Shown here: positions 18,183 to 27,962 of the stretch, in pieces
Position numbering within the stretch: the stretch's first letter is position 1
How the letters are laid out: each line of letters begins with the position of its first letter
Assembly (NCBI GenBank): GCA_009783145.1
Contig: WRHR01000003.1
Span: forward strand, 23,019 to 87,018
Direction of reading: 5' to 3'
Length of the DNA stretch: 64,000 nt
Source: Alphaproteobacteria bacterium
GTDB taxonomy: Bacteria; Pseudomonadota; Alphaproteobacteria; Rs-D84
Translations under genes and position numbers: made by a program
Notes under the pieces: generated by a model
What the model saw: the letters and a program-made list of their open reading frames with translations, nothing else
What the model was told of the DNA's origin: nothing
The model's database searches: none

Positions 18183-19253
18183 CTATTCTGCATCACAGGC
18201 ATCATCTGTGTCCGGGCCGGTGGTCATTTCTTCCGCCAGTCCCGCAGATTTCGCCATGATTTTTTCCTGCAATTCTTTTTGAACCCCTGGGTTATCTTTC
18301 AGCCATTGGCGCGCATTCGCTTCGCCCTGGCCTATGCGCTCGGAATTATAGGAATAGAAAGAGCCTGCCTTTTCAATCAAGTTCATTTTCACGCCCATAT
18401 CCAAGATTTCGCTGACGCGGGAAATTCCTTCGCCGTACATGATTTTGAAATCAACAACGCGGAAAGGAGGAGCAACTTTATTCTTTACAACTTTTACGCG
18501 CGTTTCATTTCCAACAACGTCTTCCTTGTCCTTTATTGCGCCCGTGCGGCGGATATCAAGGCGCACGGAGGCATAGAACTTCAAGGCATTGCCACCCGAC
18601 GTGGTTTCGGGATTTCCGAACATCACGCCGATTTTCATGCGTATCTGATTGATGAAGATTAACAGAGTGTTGCTGCGCGAAACGCTGCCGGCCAGCTTTT
18701 TCAGGGACATAGACATCAAGCGTGCTGTGGTTCCAACATGACTGTCGCCCATGTTTCCCTCTAACTCCGCCTTGGTTACCAACGCGGCGACCGAGTCGAT
18801 CACAACAACATCAACCGCGCCTGATTTGATTAATGTATCCGTAATTTCCAATGCCTGTTCGCCGGATTCCGGTTGTGATATAATGACATCTTCAACCTTG
18901 ACGCCCAGTTTTTTCATATAGCTTGGGTCCAGCGCATTTTCTACATCGATATAGGCAACTGTTCCGCCTTTCTTTTGCGACTCGGCGCATGCATGCAGCG
19001 CCAGAGTAGTTTTTCCCGAAGACTCCGGGCCATAGATTTCAATAATGCGGCCCTTGGGGTAACCGCCGATGCCAAGCGCGATATCCAATCCCAGCGAGCC
19101 GCTTGAAATCGCCTCGATATTCTGCTGAGACCCGTCGCCCATTTTCATAATGGCTTCCTTGCCGAATTGCTTTTGAATTTGCGCCAATGCGGATTCCAGC
19201 GCGGGGTTTCTAACCGGCGCGGCGGACTCTTTCGCCGCTTCCTTTTTTGCCAT
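18183..19253 (-). CDS. recA: Recombinase RecA
   Basis: [12 protein letters not shown]alker [38 protein letters not shown]; likely start at MAKKEAAKE. Confidence 0.92.
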   Translation of the reverse strand: MAKKEAAKESAAPVRNPALESALAQIQKQFGKEAIMKMGDGSQQNIEAISSGSLGLDIALGIGGYPKGRIIEIYGPESSGKTTLALHACAESQKKGGTVAYIDVENALDPSYMKKLGVKVEDVIISQPESGEQALEITDTLIKSGAVDVVVIDSVAALVTKAELEGNMGDSHVGTTARLMSMSLKKLAGSVSRSNTLLIFINQIRMKIGVMFGNPETTSGGNALKFYASVRLDIRRTGAIKDKEDVVGNETRVKVVKNKVAPPFRVVDFKIMYGEGISRVSEILDMGVKMNLIEKAGSFYSYNSERIGQGEANARQWLKDNPGVQKELQEKIMAKSAGLAEEMTTGPDTDDACDAE

Positions 19254-19287
19254 GAATTTCTCCTTTCTTCGATGAAGAAAGGCTAGC

Positions 19288-20477
19288 CTATTTTTTCGCG
19301 GGAAGCAATACAAATAATCCGGCCAAAAGACCGATAATCGCGGTCAGAATCCAGACCGAGCCGGTCATGCCGAAGAAAGTTATAAAGCCCGCGCCGATTA
19401 TCGGCACGATGAATCGAGGAAGCCGATTGACTGTCTTGAATATGCCGAAAAATCTTTCCTTGTCGTTTCCTTTTGCGGCATCGAAGAAGAATATGTCGGT
19501 CAAAGGCTCTATCATCGCGCCGGAAATCTGCCACAGTATGAATATGGCCAGCAATGTCGCCCCTGTCGCGAAGGACGCCCAGATTGAAAACGCCGCGAAC
19601 GACAGAAAGCCGATTGCGACCCATATTTTTATCCCGGTCTTTTTCGCGATGCGCCCCAGGGGCTCGGCCAAAAGGATATAAGGGATTATTCCGGCGGTCA
19701 GAACCCAGCCAAGGGTATCCTTGCTGAATCCGGCCTCGATAACCATAATCGGCACATACAGCATGCGCAGAGCGTATATCGCGTACTGGCCGAAGTTTAT
19801 AAAATACGCGCGCGTCAGATCGCGGCGCTTGAAATAAGCAAGGGTTGTTTTCCAAACCGATTTGAACGTCTTTCTGGGGCTTATCTTGGGGATTTTCTTG
19901 TCTTCTTGAATAATTCCGAACCACCTGAAATACAGCAAGGCCAGCACATTGAACAAAGCGACCGCAAAGAACGGCGTGCGGATTCCGAAATGGCTTGCCA
20001 TATACATGGCCAGCACCGGCGCGAACAATACGCCCAAATTAACCCAAAAGATATAGCGCCCGTTCAGCTTTTCCATACCCACCCCGCGCGAAAAATCCGC
20101 CATGAACAGAGATATGAGCGAGCTGACCAGCATCTGCGGCACGGCGGACGCGAAATCAAGCGCGATAAAAGTTGCGGGCTTTACTGAAAACGCCATCATG
20201 AAATACATAATCGCGACGGATAGCAGGCTGATGCTCATCATCTTTGCCTTGGTGGTCAGCTTCAGCAGCTCTCCCGAAACCAAAGTTATCAGCATAAAAA
20301 ACGCATAATACACGGACGAGTAAATTCCGACAGTCGCGGAGTTATTAAAAATTTCCAGCAAAACCAGGGCCCATACGGCGCTGATTATCCCGTCGCCGAA
20401 TCCTTTGAATATCCCCAGATTCGCGAACGAGAAACCCGTTATCCTACTTTTTATGGAAATATATTTTTCCGCCATTT
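19288..20477 (-). CDS. MFS transporter
   Basis: About 12 predicted TM helices downstream of MAEKYISIK. The N-terminal 146 aa of the ORF track are a non-coding-looking extension. Confidence 0.7.
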
Positions 20478-20538
20478 TTATTCCTATATCTTTACGCTCA
20501 ATTCTATCATAAAATGAGGAAAATTTAAAGGGGGCGAA

Positions 20539-21231
20539 ATGGTTCCGTATATCAAAATCATGCCGGACGGGCCGTATATGCTGTTCGGAGCGAAGAAAAT
20601 CACGGAAAAAATAATCCTGACGGACGAGAACGGAATCAGCATCAAGTACGGCGACGGGCAGAGTTTCGAGATAAAAAGCGATCCGGTGGCATTGTGCCGC
20701 TGCGGGCATTCGCGCAACGCGCCGTTCTGCGACGGGTCGCATCTGGACGCGGATTGGGACCCTGTGGAAACGGCCAGCTTCGAGCCTATAATGAAACAGC
20801 CCAGTGCCGAGGCGATAAAAGGCCCGACACAAACATTGCTGGATAACCAGAACTATTGCGCGTTCGCAAGATTCTGCGACCGAGGGGGGCGAATATGGAA
20901 CCTGGTAATGCAAGGCGGCAAGGCGGCGGATAAACTAAGCGCCGAAGAGGCGAACCTGTGCCCGGCAGGACGCTTGATGATGTTTACGAATCAAGGAGAA
21001 TGCCTGGAAGAATTAAGCGAGCCCGCCGTGCATACGATAGAGGACGGAGGCTTGAAAATCAGCGGGCCGCTGTGGATACGCGGCGGGATAAGGGTTGAAA
21101 GCGCATCGGGAAAATCATACGAAGTGCGTCAGAAACAAACATTGTGCCGATGCGGGCTATCCGGGAACAAGCCGTTCTGCAACGGCGCGCACGCATCAAT
21201 CCGCTGGAAGGCGAAAACAGAACAAAAATAA
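20539..21231 (+). CDS. CDGSH iron-sulfur domain protein (two zf-CDGSH motifs)
   Basis: CRCGHSRNAPFCDGSH and CRCGLSGNKPFCNGAH. Confidence 0.8.
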   Translation: MVPYIKIMPDGPYMLFGAKKITEKIILTDENGISIKYGDGQSFEIKSDPVALCRCGHSRNAPFCDGSHLDADWDPVETASFEPIMKQPSAEAIKGPTQTLLDNQNYCAFARFCDRGGRIWNLVMQGGKAADKLSAEEANLCPAGRLMMFTNQGECLEELSEPAVHTIEDGGLKISGPLWIRGGIRVESASGKSYEVRQKQTLCRCGLSGNKPFCNGAHASIRWKAKTEQK

Positions 21232-21247
21232 AGCCGTAAGTCCGACC

Positions 21248-21535
21248 TTATGTTCCATATACTTTAACGCAGCTTTGTATAACAATAGGGAACGCATTAA
21301 CAGTTATATATTCTACATATTCTACCTTTTTTATCCCGACAGACCAAGCGGCTTTGGCTACACTTGCTCCCGGGCCAAATGGTATAAACCCCAAAATAAA
21401 ACTTTGGCATGCTTTCCCTTGTCTGCTGTTCAGTAATTTTTCAAAATCAACTTTTCCCAAATCGGTATTATTCATAACCGGCGTAGAAACACATCCGCAT
21501 AAAAGCATTGGAAGTATTATAAGTAATTTTTTCAT
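21248..21535 (-). CDS. Small lipoprotein, hypothetical
   Basis: MKKLLIILPMLLCGC lipobox. Confidence 0.45.
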   Translation of the reverse strand: MKKLLIILPMLLCGCVSTPVMNNTDLGKVDFEKLLNSRQGKACQSFILGFIPFGPGASVAKAAWSVGIKKVEYVEYITVNAFPIVIQSCVKVYGT

Positions 21536-21721
21536 AGTAATCCCCCCCTCTTGCGAGGTATAACTAAAACGTCCCTTAAAAATAGACTGCCTGAGATACT
21601 GGTTCGGCGGGGAAAAACGAAATAAAAAAACGCCCAGAAAAAAGGGACGTTATTTTTATACAGGAATTATAACATAAAAAAACAAATCAGTAAATTGACA
21701 ATCTATATTAATATCATATAT

Positions 21722-22045
21722 CTATTCGGCAACGACAACTTCTTCCATGGCCTTTTTCACGCATTTGACGGCGTTGGCTTCGCCGACGACCATTATCCAT
21801 TCTGACCCTTTGTGCCACATCGCCATAAGCTGATCTCCGACTTTGCCGTCATAACGCACGCCGTTGTCGGTTTCCGTCCGTTTAAGCCTTGCCATCTCGC
21901 CGCCGATTTCAGCATCGGCGCGCCTTTTGAACACGGTAACCAAGACGTCCATGTCGCCGCATTTCAGATCGTCCGTGAGAACGGGCTTGTTGTCGCAAGC
22001 GCACAAAACCAGCGCACAAATCCCGAATATCAAGTATTTTCTCAT
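21722..22045 (-). CDS. Small lipoprotein, hypothetical
   Basis: MRKYLIFGICALVLCAC lipobox at the internal Met; upstream part of the ORF discounted. Confidence 0.45.
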   Translation of the reverse strand: MRKYLIFGICALVLCACDNKPVLTDDLKCGDMDVLVTVFKRRADAEIGGEMARLKRTETDNGVRYDGKVGDQLMAMWHKGSEWIMVVGEANAVKCVKKAMEEVVVAE

Positions 22046-22168
22046 TAGTAACCTCTTTCCCCGGATTTTATACTGAAAACGAATTCCAATGCAATGGGAA
22101 ACTCTGCGCCCTATCCACCAATTTGACAAAATCATTGACAAATTGTTTTTCTATGCTATAAACCGCGT

Positions 22169-22885
22169 ATGAACAATTCGGAGCAGTTTGATTGGGATAC
22201 TATGGTGCACAAGGCGCCGATTGAATGCTATGTCCATGACCTGGCAATCCCCAGGGCACAGTTTTACAGTCTGAACGGCAAATCGGTCTGCCTGGTGGGC
22301 GGCGGAAAATCCCCGGTTAAAAAGGGGCTTAACGAAAACGGCATCCGAAACTGCACGGTCACTAACATAGAGCCTTATCTTTGCCACGAAGCCCCGACCA
22401 CTCAGGATTTGCTGATCAAGCAGAGTCTCTTTGAAATCGATTATTGGAACCATCTTGAAAAATTCGATGAAATCTGGGCGCGGTTTTCTTTGCCTCTTTA
22501 TACAAAAAAAGAAGAGCAAAAGCTGCTGTCATTTTTGATTCCCGCAATGATGCTTAAAACAGGCGGAACCCTGCGGGTTATTCCGGTTGACGATAAAGAG
22601 CTGCCAGCCGTAAAAGCCATGGAGGGTTTGGGTTTAAGATACAGCAGCCAGAAGATCATTACCATGAACCCGATTATCTATGACGAAAAATTCAACGCTT
22701 TTCTTGAATTTTTTGACATGCTTGACATGCCAAAGCCGGACAATCCGAGTTTAAAGGATGTCTTTAATAAGAAAATCCCGATGCCTTTCCTGGACACCCA
22801 GCAGAGGCTTGTGTTAATGCAGAAAACCGGAAGCTTCAATAAGTTTATGGTTCAAAAGCTTATAGACGGGCTGAAAAACCGCTGA
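22169..22885 (+). CDS. Hypothetical protein
   Basis: 238-aa ORF with good coding periodicity; VCLVGGGKSP is a weak nucleotide-binding-like motif. Confidence 0.4.
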   Translation: MNNSEQFDWDTMVHKAPIECYVHDLAIPRAQFYSLNGKSVCLVGGGKSPVKKGLNENGIRNCTVTNIEPYLCHEAPTTQDLLIKQSLFEIDYWNHLEKFDEIWARFSLPLYTKKEEQKLLSFLIPAMMLKTGGTLRVIPVDDKELPAVKAMEGLGLRYSSQKIITMNPIIYDEKFNAFLEFFDMLDMPKPDNPSLKDVFNKKIPMPFLDTQQRLVLMQKTGSFNKFMVQKLIDGLKNR

Positions 22886-22888
22886 TTT

Positions 22889-24265
22889 TTATTTTCCCAA
22901 ACATAATTGCCCGAATACGGAATCGGCAACCTCCGATGCGCCGATGACGCCCAGAATCTGGCCTATATTGTCCGCCGCGCGGCGAATATGCTCGGAAAAC
23001 AAATCCATATTGGTCTTTTGTCCTTCAGCTTTTGCCAGTTCATCCGCAGCGGCTTGCAGATGCATGCGCGCGCGCTCATTAAGGGCGACATCGGACTGGG
23101 CGCCATCCAGACGGCTATGCACTTCCGCGCGAATTCGTTCCAACAGCTCTGGTATTCCTTCGCCGGTCAATGCCGAGACGCGAAACGCGAAACGCGAAAC
23201 GCGATTATTATTATCCAGCAAATCACATTTGTTTATGACGATTATTTCATTATCACGCGTTTCGCGTTTCGCGTTTCGCGTCTCGACCCTTATCACCAAA
23301 TCCGCCCTTTCAATTTCCTGGTTGGTTTTTTCAATCCCGATCTTTTCTATCGTATCTTGCGTCTCGCGCAAGCCGGCGGTATCCGCCAATCGCACAAGGT
23401 ACCCGTCTATATCGATTTCGGCCGACACCACGTCGCGCGTAGTGCCTGGGATTTCCGAAACTATCGCGCGCGATTCTCCAACCAAGCGATTGAACAGCGA
23501 CGATTTTCCGGCATTAACCGGCCCTATGATGGCTATATTGAAACCGCTGCGGATAGACCTGGCCGCGGCGCTGCGGGATAATGCTGCTGAAATTTCTTTA
23601 CCCAGGGCACGAGTGCGCGAGAGTATTGTCTCGCCGATATTCGCAGGAAGTTCTTCGGCCGGATAGTCCAGCATTGCGGCGGAATAGGCTGTGATTTCAA
23701 CCATTTGCAAGCGCCAGTTCTCATATACGGCACTGTCCGCGCCGGCGGCAGCGCGCAAAGCGCTTCGCCGCTGGGCATCAGTGCGCGAATCCAAAAGGGC
23801 CGCCAAGCCGTCGGCCTCTATCAAATCCATTTTGCCGTTATCGAAGGCGCGGCGGGCGAACTCGCCGGGATTCGCCAAGCGCGCCCCATACGCGCGCAGG
23901 GTCGCGAATAATTTTTCAATTACGGCCGCGGCGCCATGAACATGAAACTCAATAATATCTTCGCCGGTGAAACTGTGTGGGGCCTGGAAATAAATGGCAA
24001 TCGCGCGGTCAATCACATCGCTGCTTTTATCAACCAGGTCGGCGAGATACGCATGGCGGGGCAGCGGTTCCCCTCCTGTGGAGGGGTGGCTCGCGAATGA
24101 AATGAGCGAGACGGGGTGGTTCGTGTAATGTTCGCAGTTGGCTAAACCACCCCGGCCCTTCGGGCCACCCCTCCACAGGAGGGGAACCGCTGCCCCGCTG
24201 ACGCGCACGACCGCAACGCCCGCTTTTCCATGTCCCGAAGATAATGCGAAAATCGTATCGGTCAT
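22889..24265 (-). CDS. mnmE: tRNA modification GTPase MnmE, carrying two in-frame palindromic-element insertions
   Basis: FTGEDIIEFHVHG N-domain, G-domain GPVNAGKSSL, NKCDL, C-terminal CLGK. An extra 47-aa segment (VPLLWRGG...GGEPLP) is encoded by element B, and the RVETRNAKRETR/RVSRFAFRVS segments by element I. Confidence 0.88.
   Translation of the reverse strand: MTDTIFALSSGHGKAGVAVVRVSGAAVPLLWRGGPKGRGGLANCEHYTNHPVSLISFASHPSTGGEPLPRHAYLADLVDKSSDVIDRAIAIYFQAPHSFTGEDIIEFHVHGAAAVIEKLFATLRAYGARLANPGEFARRAFDNGKMDLIEADGLAALLDSRTDAQRRSALRAAAGADSAVYENWRLQMVEITAYSAAMLDYPAEELPANIGETILSRTRALGKEISAALSRSAAARSIRSGFNIAIIGPVNAGKSSLFNRLVGESRAIVSEIPGTTRDVVSAEIDIDGYLVRLADTAGLRETQDTIEKIGIEKTNQEIERADLVIRVETRNAKRETRDNEIIVINKCDLLDNNNRVSRFAFRVSALTGEGIPELLERIRAEVHSRLDGAQSDVALNERARMHLQAAADELAKAEGQKTNMDLFSEHIRRAADNIGQILGVIGASEVADSVFGQLCLGK
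23175..23275. repeat. Family I (gcgaaac)n palindrome, copy I1, inside mnmE G-domain coding region
   Basis: gagacgcgaaacgcgaaacgcgaaacgcg ... cgcgtttcgcgtttcgcgtttcgcgtctc. Confidence 0.8.
24057..24197. repeat. Family B element, copy B2, 141 bp in-frame inside mnmE
   Basis: ggggcagcggttcccctcctgtggaggggtgg ... ccacccctccacaggaggggaaccgctgcccc; 141 bp equals 47 codons. Confidence 0.85.
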
Positions 24266-24483
24266 TGGGTATGCAGATTAAAAAACTCAGCACATAATTC
24301 GGTCTTATTTTCGCATGCTTTACAATATTTATTTTGAATATGCTGCAAGACTTCTTTATTGGATAAATCCACCTTTGTGCTACCTTGAGCAACCTGGTCT
24401 TCTATAAGAAGGCTCCGTGACGGGCAATTGAACACAAAGACCTTATGTTGCTTTACATGCCCAAAGTTATATTTTTCATTCAT
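24262..24483 (-). CDS. Small Cys-motif protein (paralog a)
   Basis: C-terminal YCKACENKTELCAEFF; paralogous to the next gene; conserved upstream DNA motif. Confidence 0.4.
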   Translation of the reverse strand: MNEKYNFGHVKQHKVFVFNCPSRSLLIEDQVAQGSTKVDLSNKEVLQHIQNKYCKACENKTELCAEFFNLHTQ

Positions 24484-24580
24484 AACGCGCTCCTTTTATT
24501 TATAAGTTATCTCCGTACCAAGCGCCCTCTTGCCAACATGATAAATCACTTTCCCTGGATTTCAAGCAAATATGCATCGG

Positions 24581-24802
24581 TTATTTTATTTTTTCCAAAA
24601 AATATTCCGCACATGTATCAGCCAGCGCGCCGCATCCTTTGCAGTATTCTTCATGAACGCACCGCAGGAATTCCTTTTCGGCCGCAAACTCCGCCTTGTT
24701 TTTTAGAATATATTTTTTAGGACAATTCAGAATCCAAAAGGCGGAAGTAAGCACAACTATATGGATAGGCTCCGAATTTTCGATTTGAAACTCTTCAATC
24801 AT
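24581..24802 (-). CDS. Small Cys-motif protein (paralog b)
   Basis: C-terminal YCKGCGALADTCAEYF; start chosen at MIEEFQ (the ORF track extends to 24865). Confidence 0.4.
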   Translation of the reverse strand: MIEEFQIENSEPIHIVVLTSAFWILNCPKKYILKNKAEFAAEKEFLRCVHEEYCKGCGALADTCAEYFLEKIK

Positions 24803-24884
24803 TATGCACGTCTTTTGCTTATCGCACCCTCTCGGCCCCCCGCTTTGGCTTATATGATAAATCACTTTGCCCGGAATTCAAGTT

Positions 24885-25457
24885 TTATCTAACCATTTCT
24901 TTCAAGGCCAATCTTACCAAGGCGCCAACTTCGGCGTCGGGGTTTTCGCGGATAAGTTTCTGCGCCAGCTCCGCCACATCCATGCGCCTGTATCCCAACG
25001 ATTCCAGCGCAGACAGCAAGTCCGGCAAATTATTATTTTCCGCGGACGGGTCAAAATTAAAGCCCGCGGTCTTGCCTTTCAGCTCTACAATTATCTTTTC
25101 CGCGACTTTTTTGCCGACGCCAGGCGCGGCAATTATGGTCTTCACGTCGCCGGTAGCAATCGCGCCCATCAAGACCTCGGGCTTGAACGCGCCGAGTATT
25201 GCCATCGCGACCTTGGGCCCTACGCCGGACACGCCTGTCAGCTTATTGAACAAATCCTGCCCGGCCAGCGACGCAAACCCAAACAAGCGGAAAGAATCCT
25301 CGCGCACGACGGTTTCGATCCAAAGGGTGGCCGGAACTTGGGAACCGGGGGCTTGAAAGTTCGCCGGAACGAATACTTTATAGCCGACCCCGCCCACCAT
25401 CAAAATGACGAAATCATCGCCGACATAATCAACAATTCCTTGCAATTTGCCTATCAT
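24885..25457 (-). CDS. ruvA: Holliday junction branch migration protein RuvA
   Basis: MIGKLQG, OB domain, tandem HhH (GVGPKVAMAIL, GVGKKVAEKI), C-terminal domain III. Confidence 0.9.
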   Translation of the reverse strand: MIGKLQGIVDYVGDDFVILMVGGVGYKVFVPANFQAPGSQVPATLWIETVVREDSFRLFGFASLAGQDLFNKLTGVSGVGPKVAMAILGAFKPEVLMGAIATGDVKTIIAAPGVGKKVAEKIIVELKGKTAGFNFDPSAENNNLPDLLSALESLGYRRMDVAELAQKLIRENPDAEVGALVRLALKEMVR

Positions 25458-25507
25458 TTGTTATCCTCTTGTCGGAATTATAAAGCAAAATATCAAAAAG
25501 GCAAGCT

Positions 25508-26224
25508 ATGTCAGGACACAGCAAATGGAGCACCATCAAACACAAAAAAGCCCTGGTGGACGCGGCGCGCAGCGGGCAATTTACCAAGCTGGCGCGGGAA
25601 ATCACTATGGCAGCGAAACTGGGGGACAAGAACCCGGATAACAATCCGCGGCTGCGTCTGGCTATATTGAACGCGCGGAAATCATCGATGCCGAACGACA
25701 ATATAAAGCGCGCGATTGACAAGGCTGCGGATAAGAATACCGAAAGCTATGTTGCCACCAGGTACGAAGGCTACGGCCCCGGCAACGTGCCGATTATGGT
25801 AGAGGCTTTGACCGACAACCCCAGGCGCACGGTTCCGGAAGTGCGCAGCGCGTTTGCAAAGAACAGCGGAAATATGGGAGAGGAAGGCTCTGTGGCGTTT
25901 CTCTTTACTCGCGCTGGTGTGATTTACTATGCGCCGACCGCGGCAAAGTCCGAAGATGAGATGACCGAGGCGATAATGGAAGCCGGCGCGGATGATTTGG
26001 AGTCCAGCCCGGAAGGATACATAGTAAAGACAAAGCCGGATGATTTTATGGCGGTTCAGAAAGCCCTTTCGGATAAATTGGGAGAACCGGAAAAAGCAGA
26101 ATTGACCTGGATACCGAATACGCCGATGGATCTGGATGACGCGACTTACGAAAAGCTTTCAAGACTGGTGGATACGTTGGACGCGCTGGACGACGTGCAA
26201 AAGGTAATAACGGCAGCAAACTAA
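25508..26224 (+). CDS. yebC: YebC/PmpR family DNA-binding regulator
   Basis: MSGHSKWSTIKHKK start, typical of the DUF28/YebC family. Confidence 0.88.
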   Translation: MSGHSKWSTIKHKKALVDAARSGQFTKLAREITMAAKLGDKNPDNNPRLRLAILNARKSSMPNDNIKRAIDKAADKNTESYVATRYEGYGPGNVPIMVEALTDNPRRTVPEVRSAFAKNSGNMGEEGSVAFLFTRAGVIYYAPTAAKSEDEMTEAIMEAGADDLESSPEGYIVKTKPDDFMAVQKALSDKLGEPEKAELTWIPNTPMDLDDATYEKLSRLVDTLDALDDVQKVITAAN

Positions 26225-26265
26225 TTTGGGGAATTGGCGGAGAGAGCAACAATGGGGACTTCAAT

Positions 26266-27048
26266 ATGACGCGCCATAAATACCAAGTACATAACTACAA
26301 ACACCTTACGGGCAACACTCATACCGTAAAAGCCCAGAAGTATTTAGAATCGGATATGCTCGTTCAGGAATTCTTGAACGACTGGACGGTTTATGAATCC
26401 CCGGATAAAGAAACCTATACCTTGAAAAATAGGTCTCAAACACCAATTTACAAATCAGAAACATTATTCCTTCTCCACCCCAATTTACGATTCAATAACA
26501 ATGGCAGATATGACGCCGCTGAAAGACGCTATTGGAACAAAATCAACATGAGCTTTCCGAATACTTACCATATGCTAACCATTCTTCAAGATTACGAGGA
26601 AGATTGGCCCGCGCTTATATTTTCCAGCGGCGGAAAGCTTTTGTTTGATGAAATGGTATATCGCGAGGCTTTCGACATTGACCGCGTGATTTCCGTCATG
26701 TCACTGGGCGACTCTTTAAGCTGCGTTTATGAGATGAAATACGAAAAAATGATTGGCGACCAGCACAAGACTCTTACCGGCTTGCTTACCGGTTCGCCAA
26801 ACAGAGAGTTCCGCCCCATTGCAATGGATTTGTTATATGCCAGGGTTACATCGCATTATCCCTATAAATTCATAGCAGAAGATGAGGAAAGCCAATCCCA
26901 AATGCTATGGTTTAAATGCGAAAGCCATACGCCGCTGACAGAATACGATATTACAAAAGTCTTTGCCGCGGAATCCGACGCGCTGCAAAGTGCGTTTCGC
27001 AATGCGCGGGAGATGTACAAGAAAGAACACTGCCGACAGAGCTATTAA
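26266..27048 (+). CDS. Hypothetical protein inserted between yebC and ruvC
   Basis: 260-aa ORF, lower GC than its neighbours; no family recognised. Confidence 0.4.
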   Translation: MTRHKYQVHNYKHLTGNTHTVKAQKYLESDMLVQEFLNDWTVYESPDKETYTLKNRSQTPIYKSETLFLLHPNLRFNNNGRYDAAERRYWNKINMSFPNTYHMLTILQDYEEDWPALIFSSGGKLLFDEMVYREAFDIDRVISVMSLGDSLSCVYEMKYEKMIGDQHKTLTGLLTGSPNREFRPIAMDLLYARVTSHYPYKFIAEDEESQSQMLWFKCESHTPLTEYDITKVFAAESDALQSAFRNAREMYKKEHCRQSY

Positions 27049-27317
27049 AATTACCGGTTCTGTTTTACAAAATCACGAAGTGATTTTGTCATTGCGGTTC
27101 CGGCCTTCGCCGGAATGACAAAACAGGTCCGCAACAGGGTCTTTAAGACCTTTGGCTCGCTTCGCTTGCGGTTTATAGGCCCTATTGCGGTTCTTATTTT
27201 TAACCATTATTAATGGTTAAAAATAATTCAGTGCCGCAATGACAATTTTTTATTTCATAAAAAATTGTAAAAAATTATATATTTCTTTTTCCGCGCCTTA
27301 TCGCATATAATACGCTT

Positions 27318-27842
27318 ATGAAACGCATACTTGGGATTGATCCCGGACTTTTGCATACCGGCTGGGCGGTGATTGAGACCGCCGGGTCCGAACGCCGCTA
27401 TATCGCATCTGGCGTGATTTTGCCCCGCGCCACGGATCCCCTGCCCGAACGCCTGGCGCATATTTTCAACGAAATCAGTAAAATCTGCGCCGATTTCAAA
27501 CCGGATGAATGCGCTATAGAATATACTTTCGTAAACAAGAATCCGACCAGCACCCTTCTGCTGGGTCATGCGCGCGCAGCGGCAATGGTCGCGGTCGGCA
27601 CTCACAATATTCCTGTTTTTGAATACGAGCCGAACAAGATAAAAAAAGCCGTGACCGGCGTCGGGCATGCGGACAAGAATCAAGTCGCTGCGATGGTAAA
27701 AATACTTCTGCCCGCGGCTTTTGCCACCCCGGCGAAGGCCGGGACCAAGACTTCGGATGAATCCGATGCGCTCGCGATCGCACTGGCGCATTCGAACACA
27801 TCTGGATTGCTTCGCTTTGCTTGCAATAACAAATCGGTATAA
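27318..27842 (+). CDS. ruvC: Crossover junction endodeoxyribonuclease RuvC
   Basis: ILGIDPGLLHTGWAV, ECAIEYTFV, DESDALAIALAH. Confidence 0.9.
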   Translation: MKRILGIDPGLLHTGWAVIETAGSERRYIASGVILPRATDPLPERLAHIFNEISKICADFKPDECAIEYTFVNKNPTSTLLLGHARAAAMVAVGTHNIPVFEYEPNKIKKAVTGVGHADKNQVAAMVKILLPAAFATPAKAGTKTSDESDALAIALAHSNTSGLLRFACNNKSV

Positions 27843-27962
27843 ATTGTCATTGCGAGGAGCATAAGCGACGAAGCAATCCAGTGAATAAATCTGATTTTGT
27901 TCCTGATAAAAACCCTTCACTTTTCTGCTATAATCCACTCGTACAACCCAAAGGAGGGAATT

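Noticed and set aside
19288-20913. Full 541-aa ORF for the MFS transporter
   Set aside because: The first 146 residues have no transporter features and overlap the promoter or intergenic region before the CDGSH gene. The ATG at MAEKYISIK (about 20477), just upstream of the first TM helix, was taken as the start.
21567-21653. Long-range inverted repeat (aaaacgtccctt ... aagggacgtt) in the lipoprotein intergenic region as a terminator or element
   Set aside because: The arms are about 65 nt apart and only about 9-10 nt long, there is no run of T, and there is no second copy. It is probably fortuitous.
24867-25670. 267-aa plus-strand ORF across ruvA and the yebC start
   Set aside because: It is antisense to ruvA and out of frame with yebC. 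It has an Arg/Gln/Gly-rich shadow-ORF composition.
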